IMG/VR virus record: IMGVR_UViG_3300008113_000379 | Span: 1-56,669 of that record | DNA length: 56,669 nt | Origin: a virus | Lineage: Duplodnaviria > Caudoviricetes | Direction: 5' to 3' (one strand) | Notes under the pieces: model-generated | Database searches by the model: none | The model's input: only the letters and a program-made list of their open reading frames with translations | What the model was told of the DNA's origin: nothing | Translations under genes and position numbers: made by a program | Shown here: piece after piece, positions 35,976-44,870 of the stretch | How positions within the stretch are numbered: the first letter of the stretch is position 1 | Layout: every line of letters begins with the position of its first letter

Positions 35976-36515
35976 TCAATCCCAAAGATTACGAAAATAT
36001 TTACCAAACAAATCAAGACCTTCTTGGATACGTTCTTCGTGCAATTTATGACCAACATGGTCATACCAATGTTCATCTGGATTCTTGTCAACCATTTGAT
36101 ATGTTGCTTCTACCTTGCCTGTAATTGGATTTGGAAATGTTTTATCAGTCTTGACCCAATCATATTCACCTCTACCGTGATGATATTTTTCATCATAATC
36201 ACCTTTGGCAACTTGTTCAAAACTCCAAATCATTTTATCAAGTATTTCGTCCCAGCGTTCTGCACCCTTTTTCCATGCATCATCGTGTGTTTCTTTGTAA
36301 AAGTCAAAACTACCCTGCTGTGCATAGTCCTCGCCACCCACGTCATTTACTAAATCGCCGGGTACTCCGTGTTTTGTTGCTTTTAGTTGCACTAAACATG
36401 GATATATAATTTGTGCAAGGGTATTGTCTAAGTTCCAGCTATCCCATGGATCAATTTGTATATTGATTTTTCTACGATAACCTTTCTTAGGCCAGTTTTT
36501 TATATTTACTTTCAT
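35976..36515 (-). CDS. conserved hypothetical phage protein
   Basis: D.WDSW.LD.TLA.II.P.L..LK..KHG.P; GL.LFGKYF.NLWD. Confidence 0.75.
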   Translation of the reverse strand: MKVNIKNWPKKGYRRKINIQIDPWDSWNLDNTLAQIIYPCLVQLKATKHGVPGDLVNDVGGEDYAQQGSFDFYKETHDDAWKKGAERWDEILDKMIWSFEQVAKGDYDEKYHHGRGEYDWVKTDKTFPNPITGKVEATYQMVDKNPDEHWYDHVGHKLHEERIQEGLDLFGKYFRNLWD

Positions 36516-36880
36516 GCCAAGACTTCTTTAATCTTCCCATCAATTATCATAAAAACTTTTTTATCGTGTATTACAGCCGCAAACTGTATGTTTGTTTCTT
36601 TTTGAAATTTCTCTACCAGTTCATCAAGTGTATTACCTTGACATATAAATTTTTTGGTCTCATGTTCATACATAAACAATGAATTATCAATTGATTCTAT
36701 ATGTAACTTAGTTATATGATTGCTAATTTCTTTAGCTTTTAAATTGACAATTTCTTTCTCTAAATCAATCTCATGTGATTCTGCTAATTTTTGCAATAGT
36801 TTGGACACTCTGAAGATGGCAAATATCTCGCCTAGAAACCAACCAAAACCAAAGACTAAAATTAAAATTACAATTTCCAT
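36512..36880 (-). CDS. membrane-anchored hypothetical protein
   Basis: N-terminal TM; FICQG.TLDEL. Confidence 0.65.
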   Translation of the reverse strand: MEIVILILVFGFGWFLGEIFAIFRVSKLLQKLAESHEIDLEKEIVNLKAKEISNHITKLHIESIDNSLFMYEHETKKFICQGNTLDELVEKFQKETNIQFAAVIHDKKVFMIIDGKIKEVLA

Positions 36881-36884
36881 AGTT

Positions 36885-37166
36885 TTATTTATTAATAGTT
36901 AACGCAGACCAGACCTTGAGTTTTTCAAATTTATTCTTTTTTGCTTCGGCGATGCCCTCAGGAGTAACTCCAACATTCAAATCAGTAAGTAATTCCACCA
37001 TAGCAAACAAGTCACCAATTTCTTCTTCAAGCATATTGATATTAGTTCTTTCTTTACCCGGTTTCATTTGGTCAGGACCAAATCTAAAGCATTTACTAAC
37101 CGCTTGTGTAACTTCTGCACACTCCTCTTGTAGGATTAAAAGTACTTCTCTTGTATCATCATTCAT
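36885..37166 (-). CDS. MazG-like NTP pyrophosphohydrolase
   Basis: QEECAEV.QA.SK..RFG; LEEEIGDL. Confidence 0.8.
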   Translation of the reverse strand: MNDDTREVLLILQEECAEVTQAVSKCFRFGPDQMKPGKERTNINMLEEEIGDLFAMVELLTDLNVGVTPEGIAEAKKNKFEKLKVWSALTINK

Positions 37167-37167
37167 A

Positions 37168-37692
37168 TTAATCTTTCTTTTTATTCATTGCAATTTTAGG
37201 TTCAATATATCTCTTATGATAGTCTTTATAATTATCTAAGTAATATTGATGTTGTATCCAACGTTGTTTTGTACTAGTACGTTCTACTAAGAATCCCCAA
37301 TCACGTAACTGAGGTCCCATAAAGAACAATGTAGTAGCAGGACCTTTTTCTTCGTCAAGTTCAAGCCAATGAAATTCTTTTGCACTACGAATAATTATAC
37401 TACCGGGCCCACGCCATACTTGAAATTCTGCAAATTTATTTCCATCGTTGTCAAAGACTGGTGTATGTTCCCAGTAACCACCTTTCAACACAATAGTCAT
37501 GTAGGGCCAGGGATGGTCGTGAAAGATTGGGTCATCGCTCTTTACAATTTTATGTAGTGTGACATTGAAGGGAAACCATTTGCGGTCTTTGAGAAATAGA
37601 TAGTAGCGGTGCATATAATCTTCACCGGTACGTCTGTCAGGTATTAAACGATAACGACCTAGCTTATCCATTATCTTGTGAAACAAACCCAT
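37168..37692 (-). CDS. cupin-fold hypothetical protein
   Basis: HDHPW..LKGGYWE..H.LEL..TLF.MGP..WGF. Confidence 0.7.
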   Translation of the reverse strand: MGLFHKIMDKLGRYRLIPDRRTGEDYMHRYYLFLKDRKWFPFNVTLHKIVKSDDPIFHDHPWPYMTIVLKGGYWEHTPVFDNDGNKFAEFQVWRGPGSIIIRSAKEFHWLELDEEKGPATTLFFMGPQLRDWGFLVERTSTKQRWIQHQYYLDNYKDYHKRYIEPKIAMNKKKD

Positions 37693-37710
37693 TGAATACT
37701 CCTTTTGTGT

Positions 37711-37739
37711 ATTATAGCACAAAATTTATTAATTGTAAA
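37711..37739 (-). promoter_or_regulatory. sigma70-type promoter
   Basis: TTTACA-17nt-TATAAT. Confidence 0.6.
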
Positions 37740-37741
37740 CT

Positions 37742-37768
37742 AAAAAAGGGTGACGAATCACCCTTTTT
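37742..37768 (-). terminator. rho-independent terminator
   Basis: 11-bp stem with a UUCG loop on the minus strand, followed by a T-run. Confidence 0.85.
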
Positions 37769-37785
37769 GTACTAGCTAAATTTAA

Positions 37786-38040
37786 TTAGGCTAGTGACTG
37801 CAATGCACGATAGCCTGCGGCAACTACTGCACGGCTAGGTGTACCCAAACGATACTTAGTGTAAGTACCACCGAGTTTGTTTGTACGCTTGTTAGCGTAG
37901 ATTGCCAAACCAGCACGTAGGCGCAAATCGCTTACAGTAGCAGTTGGGTTAGCAAAACCAAAACGTTGGGTAATTTGCTTTGCAGTTAGTTCTGCGCCTT
38001 TTTCAAATGCCTCAATAAGGCGTTCACTTTTTCTCATCAT
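37786..38040 (-). CDS. winged-HTH-like DNA-binding protein
   Basis: LTAKQI..RFG.ANP.ATVS.LR..YRLGTPSR. Confidence 0.65.
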   Translation of the reverse strand: MMRKSERLIEAFEKGAELTAKQITQRFGFANPTATVSDLRLRAGLAIYANKRTNKLGGTYTKYRLGTPSRAVVAAGYRALQSLA

Positions 38041-38151
38041 TTTTAGATTTCCTTCTAGTTAAATCGTTGTTCTCACAACGTATATAGATTGTATATGAAC
38101 CTCGTCTGATAAGCAAGATATAAGGGCACTTAGGTACCCAAAACATCTTGC

Positions 38152-38994
38152 TCATATTTCCAAATACTTCAACTGAAATACATCAGCATTTTCATCGTGA
38201 CCGGCATAACCACGAGGGTTACACACAATCCGTGTAGTGCCAATCATATAGTCAAAAGGTTCATGTGTGTGACCATGAGTCCAAAGCACAATCTCCGGGT
38301 GATCCAAAATGAATTCGCTCAAATCAGTGTGATAACCACCATTCATCAAATGGTCACCTCTATATCTGTCATGGATACTTTGATGACTTGGTGTATGATG
38401 ACCGACAAACACTACCTTTTTGTCCTTCATATCAGGCAATACAGCCTTTAAGTATGACATAGTTTGATGGTGACGATACATTGAATGTGCAGGACGTAAC
38501 TTAGTAAATCCTTTATCATCATTGCGAATGATACGATAATCATTCATCATATCAGTTAGTGCATGTAATGTTAATGGATCACCCTTATTACAATCAGTCC
38601 ACAATGTGGCACCAATAAAGGACACTTCATTGATAACCTTAATATCGTTTTCCAAAAAGTAAACATTGGGAAACCTAGCACATTCATCACGCAGGTGTTG
38701 TAAACTAGCTACCCAACGACCATGATAAAATTCATGGTTACCTGCAATGTAAATTACATGCGGGAATTGAAAACTACAACGACTAAGAAAGTCACGGAAT
38801 CGTAGTGCAGTCTCTTGTCTGCGCCCTAAGTTAGGGATGTTAACTGGATCATTTGGATGCACAGGCGGATGATTATGTAGATCCTCTGCAATCATAATAT
38901 CACCGCTGAGGATCAGGACCTCTGCACCCTCTTCATTCTTGAGGATGATGTCCTGAAACTCTAAATGCAAATCACTGCATAGTGCTATTTTCAT
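38152..38994 (-). CDS. calcineurin-like metallophosphoesterase
   Basis: SDLHLEF, SGDI, GNHE, HH.P, HGHTH, NPRGY. Confidence 0.9.
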   Translation of the reverse strand: MKIALCSDLHLEFQDIILKNEEGAEVLILSGDIMIAEDLHNHPPVHPNDPVNIPNLGRRQETALRFRDFLSRCSFQFPHVIYIAGNHEFYHGRWVASLQHLRDECARFPNVYFLENDIKVINEVSFIGATLWTDCNKGDPLTLHALTDMMNDYRIIRNDDKGFTKLRPAHSMYRHHQTMSYLKAVLPDMKDKKVVFVGHHTPSHQSIHDRYRGDHLMNGGYHTDLSEFILDHPEIVLWTHGHTHEPFDYMIGTTRIVCNPRGYAGHDENADVFQLKYLEI

Positions 38995-38996
38995 AT

Positions 38997-39134
38997 TTAT
39001 CCAAACAATTTATGTGCTAGTATCATACCCAAATAAATGAATGTAACTGCAAAGGGTAGCCCAGTCACAACTAGTGCCGCTACTACCATCGGGAATGTTA
39101 CCCAATCATATTTATTAAGTTTAAATTTACTCAT
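38997..39134 (-). CDS. 45 aa membrane peptide (not in ORF track)
   Basis: MSKFKLNKYDWVTFPMVVAALVV...; GGAG RBS. Confidence 0.5.
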   Translation of the reverse strand: MSKFKLNKYDWVTFPMVVAALVVTGLPFAVTFIYLGMILAHKLFG

Positions 39135-39500
39135 ACTAACTCCGTTATGTGTTTACAAGAACCGCGATACATATAGCCTGGGCACGTACATGTTTTATCT
39201 TGTGTGTCAATACTATATATATTACCTTTGCTACCAGTGACTTTAATCACAGTAGATTTTTCTTTAACCTTTTTGAATGGGTTAACTTTCAACGACTGAT
39301 TCTTTAACCTTTTTGAATGGGTTAACTTTCAACGACTGAAATTTACGGCCACGCTTATCGATAGTGATTGGGTTTTTGAAGTAGAATGGAGTAGTAGAAC
39401 CAACCTTGATGTACGCAAGCATTTTGGTACCGTCAAGAAGGTATGTATGATTAGCATTGTTGCTATCACTCCACACTGTTGTTTCTACTACTGCTTCCAT
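39131..39500 (-). pseudogene. SWIM zinc-finger protein disrupted by a 40-bp tandem duplication
   Basis: Removing one copy gives a 109 aa ORF ending GSKGNIY..CTCPGYMYRGSCKH. Confidence 0.75.
39260..39339. repeat. exact 40-bp tandem duplication
   Basis: TTCTTTAACCTTTTTGAATGGGTTAACTTTCAACGACTGA x2. Confidence 0.95.
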
Positions 39501-39931
39501 TAAACTTCCTCAGTTACTTTAGCCAATTCTTCTGACAACAAACGCAATTCAGTATTGCTTTGGTCAAACATATACCAAACACCGTCTTTCATTATGTAGC
39601 AAAACTCACACCAAGAATCATTGAATGATTCAACTAGTGATTTTTTGCTGGTGTATGTTTTAAACTCTTGACCTTTTTCTTCACGGTCACGACCATAGAA
39701 GGTGCACATGTTTCCGTATTGATTACTGTATTCATCACTGGTCATTGTGCATTCAAACTGACTGAAGGGATGCTTTTCACCGAGTTCAGGCCTAAGACTA
39801 GAAAGATTGCCTAATGCAACAAGATGGTTAGCTTTTGCACTATCATAGTGTTCTTGCAAAATACGACCATTGTGTGACAGATAGCCATCCCAATGACAAT
39901 ACACTGCTTTACAGTTATCACCATGCATCAT
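39500..39931 (-). CDS. conserved hypothetical phage protein, probably N-terminally truncated
   Basis: YCHWDGY..G..L..HY motif; start fused directly to a promoter -35 remnant. Confidence 0.7.
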   Translation of the reverse strand: MMHGDNCKAVYCHWDGYLSHNGRILQEHYDSAKANHLVALGNLSSLRPELGEKHPFSQFECTMTSDEYSNQYGNMCTFYGRDREEKGQEFKTYTSKKSLVESFNDSWCEFCYIMKDGVWYMFDQSNTELRLLSEELAKVTEEV

Positions 39932-39945
39932 TTATTGTCAACCTT

Positions 39946-40113
39946 TTACTCAAAAGTATTTGTAACACTTTCTTTAATAACCTTAAAGGCTTCTATTGTC
40001 TTTTGGGGCTGTGCTAACGGATTTTTTGCAATGAATTGCATCATTGCAAAGGGAGTCAATCCTAAAAATTTACCTTCTTTTTCAATTACATTGATAGCGG
40101 TTTCTAATTTCAT
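39946..40113 (-). CDS. hypothetical protein
   Basis: GGAG RBS before ATG 40113. Confidence 0.6.
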   Translation of the reverse strand: MKLETAINVIEKEGKFLGLTPFAMMQFIAKNPLAQPQKTIEAFKVIKESVTNTFE

Positions 40114-40123
40114 TTTTGTCTCC

Positions 40124-40396
40124 TCAGACCAAATCAACTTGAATTTGCTTGTTACGAATTGTAGTACCGAGACCGGTGGGGATAGGCTTGCGAGTTGCCT
40201 CTGCCATACGGCGCTCATAAGACAACTGAATCAATGCCTCCCAACACAATACTCGGGCATTGACTGTAGCAAATTGTTCGGTCATTTGCTTGATGGTCAT
40301 ATACATACCGATATCGTTTTCAGAGCCATCGCCCTTAAAAATCACACGGAATTTTTGTGAATTTTTTAGACCTTCGATAACTGTTTTTGTACGCAT
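40124..40396 (-). CDS. hypothetical protein
   Basis: Promoter plus AAGGAG upstream. Confidence 0.7.
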   Translation of the reverse strand: MRTKTVIEGLKNSQKFRVIFKGDGSENDIGMYMTIKQMTEQFATVNARVLCWEALIQLSYERRMAEATRKPIPTGLGTTIRNKQIQVDLV

Positions 40397-40401
40397 TTTT
40401 T

Positions 40402-40460
40402 AGCTCCTTTAATCAATCAATACAAGTATTATATACCCAAACCGATTTATTGTCAACCTT
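40402..40460 (-). promoter_or_regulatory. promoter-leader-RBS repeat unit, copy A
   Basis: 57/59 identical to 40839-40897; TTGACA-17nt-TATAAT and AAGGAG. Confidence 0.9.
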
Positions 40461-40833
40461 AGGCCGCTTTCCTAAAATAACTATAGGGCAAACCCTGAGT
40501 AAAACAAAAGTACTCAAAATCGCCGTTAGCACCTTCAGCGTCCATCAACCACGCAATCACACGCTCACGGTTAGTTCCGGTGTGCATCAGGTTTGTAACA
40601 CAATCTTCAAACTTGGCAATAGCCTGAGCCTCAGCAGTCTTGCGTTGGATTTCAGCCTGCTCAATAGCCTCACCAAGTGAAGCAAACTCTGCTTCAAACT
40701 GTTCCAGGGTCCACTTAGTGGTGTCAATAAAGCGAGGGCGAACACCATACGCATCCTTGTACATATCCCAATATGTACATTGGGCCTGCTCTAACTCTGA
40801 CATTTCTTCCCAAGATTTGAATTCGTTTGACAT
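40459..40833 (-). CDS. conserved hypothetical phage protein
   Basis: YWDMYKDAYGVRPR; GLPYSYF. Confidence 0.75.
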   Translation of the reverse strand: MSNEFKSWEEMSELEQAQCTYWDMYKDAYGVRPRFIDTTKWTLEQFEAEFASLGEAIEQAEIQRKTAEAQAIAKFEDCVTNLMHTGTNRERVIAWLMDAEGANGDFEYFCFTQGLPYSYFRKAA

Positions 40834-40838
40834 TTACA

Positions 40839-40904
40839 AGCTCCTTTAATCAATCAATACAAGTATTATATACCCAAAGTGATTTATTGTCAACCTTTGG
40901 GTAT
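40839..40904 (-). promoter_or_regulatory. promoter-leader-RBS repeat unit, copy B, with 10-bp inverted repeat
   Basis: Same unit as copy A; ATACCCAAAG 40870-40879 / CTTTGGGTAT 40895-40904. Confidence 0.9.
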
Positions 40905-40917
40905 GTAACATAAAGTA

Positions 40918-41163
40918 TTACTTTTTATCACAGTATTCAAAGAGGATCCACTTAGCACGATTCAGTGCTTGGCGAACATCTTCAATGACCATGAAATCGT
41001 AAGAACCGCCGTTGTCGTAAGCAATCATTTCCTGACAATCACTCATAAGACTAGCTGCCATCATAGCAGGACCACTATGACGAAACGTAAGACTTTGTTC
41101 TACAGCCTCACGCATTTGTGCTTCGGTGCAACCATACATACGGATTTCACGTTTTTGTTGCAT
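40918..41163 (-). CDS. hypothetical protein, start uncertain
   Basis: MYGC..MSD.QE..RQ.LNRAKW; no clear RBS. Confidence 0.6.
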   Translation of the reverse strand: MQQKREIRMYGCTEAQMREAVEQSLTFRHSGPAMMAASLMSDCQEMIAYDNGGSYDFMVIEDVRQALNRAKWILFEYCDKK

Positions 41164-41195
41164 ATCTTTGCCGACTGCTACACGAATGTCAAAAT

Positions 41196-41930
41196 CTACG
41201 ATCCTTCAGGCATGCTTGTTTGCATATCCAACTCATTGTCCATCATTTCGGCTTCTTCATTGGTAACTAACACGATAGCCAAATTATTTTTAATCATTTG
41301 TGCAACCTCTGTAATGCTACACTTTTCCATAGTCATGGTAACTGCTTGATTGAAAATCAATATACAAGGAACAATGTGTTCTCGGTATGTATTTTCTTTA
41401 GTGCGATTTACTGACTCACCAATTGTAATCAAATGGTCAATGCTATCACCTTCAAGCAATGCCCGTGTATTTTCTAAACCAAACCCATCTTCACTTTCAA
41501 TAAAATATTTGAATCGTTTGGCAATCTTCTCAAAAATATTACGTTCGCTTACTTCACGTGGAATCGGCTTAATTGCTTGCCCACGGGTTTTTCTTACAAT
41601 AGTCTCAATTGATTCAATAATGCCAACAAGTATCCAAAAGTTTTCAAGTGTGTCACCATCAAAATGGATATTGATAAAGTCTTTGGCATCTTTGCGTTTT
41701 TCAGCACGTTTGCCTTTTTTCTCCTCAAAACCTTGCTCAAGGAATTTTTGTCGCATTACTGCAACATCTTCTGGCTTTGCTAACCAGCCTATTGTATAGT
41801 GGTTCTTCTTAATTTCGCACTTGATACCGTTGTTAGAATACAACACGAATACATTGCGGTCCTCAAATATACGTTCCGTGTAGCCACGCTCATTACAAGA
41901 TTCTTTGAAGGCGGAGAAGGATATAGACAT
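41196..41930 (-). CDS. hypothetical protein with HNH-like segment, C-terminus possibly truncated
   Basis: YREHIVP..IVLVT.EE..MD..MPEG then an abrupt stop. Confidence 0.6.
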   Translation of the reverse strand: MSISFSAFKESCNERGYTERIFEDRNVFVLYSNNGIKCEIKKNHYTIGWLAKPEDVAVMRQKFLEQGFEEKKGKRAEKRKDAKDFINIHFDGDTLENFWILVGIIESIETIVRKTRGQAIKPIPREVSERNIFEKIAKRFKYFIESEDGFGLENTRALLEGDSIDHLITIGESVNRTKENTYREHIVPCILIFNQAVTMTMEKCSITEVAQMIKNNLAIVLVTNEEAEMMDNELDMQTSMPEGS

Positions 41931-41931
41931 A

Positions 41932-42132
41932 TTATTTTTTCAAGACCTCAAAGATGGAATTTTGCAGAAGGGCGACCTCGTCACGGTCAACATAAAAGTC
42001 GGTACGAGGATCGTAGTACTCACCTTGTTTAGGATCGTAATACAGAACCTGACCGTTAGGATAGTGAAACGGACCCTCAAGACCTTTGCGAGGACCATAT
42101 TCTTTGTTGTGCTTGAAAACGATGTAAGACAT
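41932..42132 (-). CDS. hypothetical protein
   Basis: GLEGPF..G.VLYYDPK.GEYYD..TDFY; GGAG RBS. Confidence 0.7.
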   Translation of the reverse strand: MSYIVFKHNKEYGPRKGLEGPFHYPNGQVLYYDPKQGEYYDPRTDFYVDRDEVALLQNSIFEVLKK

Positions 42133-42161
42133 AAAGACTCCTTTTCACTAGAGAAGTCTCT

Positions 42162-42190
42162 ATTATATACCCAAAACTATTTATTGTCAA
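42162..42190 (-). promoter_or_regulatory. early promoter (repeat family)
   Basis: TTGACAATAAATAGTTTTGGGTATATAAT. Confidence 0.85.
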
Positions 42191-42774
42191 CCGCGTTTTG
42201 TAACTATTTCGTCTACAAGGCCATAGTCAAGTGCTTGTTGGGCACTCATAAAATTGTCACGTTCCATGTCGGCCTGTAGTACATCAAAAGTTTTACCTTT
42301 TGAATTGTGCTTGACATAGATTTCTGTGAGGTTTTTCTTCATAGCCATGATTTCGTTGACCTGAATAAGCATATCAGTTGCTTGACCTCTTGCACCACCT
42401 GAGGGCTGATGAATCATGTGGCGTGCGTTTGGTAGCATAAAACGCTTACCGGGCGCACCTGCTTGTGCTAATAGACTACCCATGCTACATGCCTGTCCCA
42501 TAACAATCGTATGAATATCTGGCTTTACAAACTGCATACAATCATAGATTGCCATACCAGCAGTTACACTACCACCGGGGCTATTGATATAAATGCTGAT
42601 ATCCTTATCAGCCTCAGATTCTAAAAACAATAATTGTGCTACAATCAAGTTTGCCATGCTATCATGGACTTCTCCCTCAAGCAAAATCACGCGGTCCCTA
42701 AGCAAACGACTATAAATATCATAGCTACGCTCACCCTTCGCTGTTTGCTCTAAAACAATTGGCACTAAACTCAT
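42187..42774 (-). CDS. clpP: ATP-dependent Clp protease proteolytic subunit
   Basis: [19 protein letters not shown]; triad ACSMG, IHQP, RDNF. Confidence 0.95.
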   Translation of the reverse strand: MSLVPIVLEQTAKGERSYDIYSRLLRDRVILLEGEVHDSMANLIVAQLLFLESEADKDISIYINSPGGSVTAGMAIYDCMQFVKPDIHTIVMGQACSMGSLLAQAGAPGKRFMLPNARHMIHQPSGGARGQATDMLIQVNEIMAMKKNLTEIYVKHNSKGKTFDVLQADMERDNFMSAQQALDYGLVDEIVTKRG

Positions 42775-42854
42775 ATACATCCTTATAATAAATTTGCGAT
42801 AAATACTTAATGGTGATACAATTATCACTTCATTAACTCTTTGAGATATTTTAC

Positions 42855-43997
42855 ATGAGATACACTGAATTTGCAAGACCTTTGGAAGAAGATGGGGAAA
42901 CTCCCATTTCTAGGGATGATGTCGTTTCTGCATTGCAGGACTTGGGCCACGAGGATCCTAAAATCAATGGTAACAAAATCAATATTTTGGTACAGATTCC
43001 GGACGGTGAAAAGAAGAATGACTTTAGAAAGCAAGTTCTTAACGATGTTCTTATTGCACTAAAAAGAAAACTACCAAAAGTAGGTGCAACATATACCCCT
43101 GATAAAAGTATAAGCAGTTTGGGTGGAATCATATTCAACAATAGTCCAGTTTCAGTTGCAGTAAAAGATTCTGGAAGTCAAGGAGAAAATAGTGCTGGTG
43201 TAGCAAACGAAATTGAACTAGCAAGTATTATCCAAAGTGTCGTAGAAAAATACGGGTCAGCAAATGTAACATTTGTAGATCCTAGAGGTAAAAAATTAAC
43301 TATTAAAAACTGCATCTCAGTTGATGTTGCAGGACGTGATACTACAGAACGTAAAAAGGCTGATGTTGTATTACGTAGTGAACGTGGGAATTTACCTATC
43401 AGTATTAAAGAACTTAATGCTGATATGTGGGAAAGTGCTGATAGTTTGTTTGGTGAGAAGGCTAAACAAATAATTAAAAAACTAATAGATGACGGAACTA
43501 TAGAATTAGAGACTATCGGCGAAAAGAGAAACAAACGTACAGGAGAATCTATTCCTGTCTATAAACTAAGCAAAGAAATTGTAGTAGAACCTACGCCGGA
43601 AGAAGCATTAAATGCAATATTCGGTAGTGACATTAGTCCTAAAGGTGGTGTAGTTATACAAACATTCAAGCCGCAACATTTCACACAAGATGGTGATAAT
43701 ATCAAAGTCGATGCACATGCTATTATTGCCAAGAAGGAAGATATCCCGGAGAGCCATTTAATGGTTTGGTTGATTCGTAATGATAGCACTAGAAATAATC
43801 CATTACCCGGTTTACGTACACTTGGTGTAACGTTAACACGCGGTATAGGCAAGAAGGGTAACAAGGATGTTATTCTCGTTGATGTGAATGGTAATGTAAT
43901 TGACAATCCTAACAAATCAGTTGCTAAATCTCCTAAGAAAGAGAAAAAACCTGAATTAGAACCGGGTAGTGAAGAAGCTACACGCACTAAGCGTTAA
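42855..43997 (+). CDS. PD-(D/E)xK nuclease-like protein with CTS-like N-terminus
   Basis: G..NE, KKADVVL..PISIK; MRYTEF start; TAAATA at 42800. Confidence 0.5.
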   Translation: MRYTEFARPLEEDGETPISRDDVVSALQDLGHEDPKINGNKINILVQIPDGEKKNDFRKQVLNDVLIALKRKLPKVGATYTPDKSISSLGGIIFNNSPVSVAVKDSGSQGENSAGVANEIELASIIQSVVEKYGSANVTFVDPRGKKLTIKNCISVDVAGRDTTERKKADVVLRSERGNLPISIKELNADMWESADSLFGEKAKQIIKKLIDDGTIELETIGEKRNKRTGESIPVYKLSKEIVVEPTPEEALNAIFGSDISPKGGVVIQTFKPQHFTQDGDNIKVDAHAIIAKKEDIPESHLMVWLIRNDSTRNNPLPGLRTLGVTLTRGIGKKGNKDVILVDVNGNVIDNPNKSVAKSPKKEKKPELEPGSEEATRTKR

Positions 43998-44488
43998 CAC
44001 TTACTAAAATTTTGATGTTTAAACCAACGGCGCTGTCCATGCGCCGTTTTTAATGAGATATTGAATTCTGCTAATTTATCTCTGAATCTAAAAAATGTAG
44101 GGCCATGACTCATTAAGCAATCTTGTCCGTTATCATTGCGTAATGGACCGTCTATATCCCATTGATGTTGATGGCACATTTCATGTGCTAGTGTAGTTAC
44201 AAACCACTGTGGACAAAACCATTTATCCATTAGTTGTATCTCACAGTAACTTCCCGTACGAAACATTGTGGTTTCTCCCATACACATTCCCCAATATTTC
44301 CTACATCTAGCTGCCAAATATATATTTGGCATTTTGAGTTCATTATTAAACACATTACAGTTCAATAACTCATACACATGTCTAGCTTCATTTTTGGATG
44401 GTCTGTACACTAACCGTTTTTGCTCAGTTATCGTGGGAAGAGGAATTTCCATCATTTCCTCAAGTGAATAGATAGACACTAAACTCAT
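43994..44488 (-). CDS. SprT-like zinc metalloprotease
   Basis: LN..VFNNEL, TLAHEMCH..Q, HG..F. Confidence 0.85.
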   Translation of the reverse strand: MSLVSIYSLEEMMEIPLPTITEQKRLVYRPSKNEARHVYELLNCNVFNNELKMPNIYLAARCRKYWGMCMGETTMFRTGSYCEIQLMDKWFCPQWFVTTLAHEMCHQHQWDIDGPLRNDNGQDCLMSHGPTFFRFRDKLAEFNISLKTAHGQRRWFKHQNFSKC

Positions 44489-44555
44489 ACATATATTTAT
44501 CAGAAAAATATCCATTTGGTGATTCCAATCTAAATAAATCGTTAAGGAGAAAAAC

Positions 44556-44837
44556 ATGTTAAACTTTTTGAAAAAATTATTCTCGGTAAGTAAACCTGAA
44601 GATAAGCCCCATCCCCTAGATGGTGCAACTCGTAAGGCCCAAGAAATAGCACAGCCAGTAGAGGTTGTAAAACCCGTAGCTGAACCAGTCGCTATTAAGC
44701 CCGAAGTAGAACCCGTTGTAGTTGCTAAGCCGAAACGTACTGCTAGACCAAAAGTAGCCGCAAACGCACCAGCAAAGCCAAAAACTACAGCTACAACTGC
44801 ACCTAAGAAGCCTAGGGCTAAAAAGCCAGCCCAATAA
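44556..44837 (+). CDS. Pro/Ala/Lys-rich small protein
   Basis: TAAATA plus AAGGAG upstream; low-complexity basic tail. Confidence 0.7.
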   Translation: MLNFLKKLFSVSKPEDKPHPLDGATRKAQEIAQPVEVVKPVAEPVAIKPEVEPVVVAKPKRTARPKVAANAPAKPKTTATTAPKKPRAKKPAQ

Positions 44838-44863
44838 GAATAGGGCGAAAGCCCTATTCTTAT
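44834..44863 (+). terminator. stem-loop, probable terminator
   Basis: ATAAGAATAGGGC-GAAA-GCCCTATTCTTAT. Confidence 0.7.
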
Positions 44864-44870
44864 ACTTTAT

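Noticed and set aside
39260-39339. 40-bp repeat as a mini-CRISPR or att site
   Set aside because: Directly abutting copies with no spacer, inside a coding sequence
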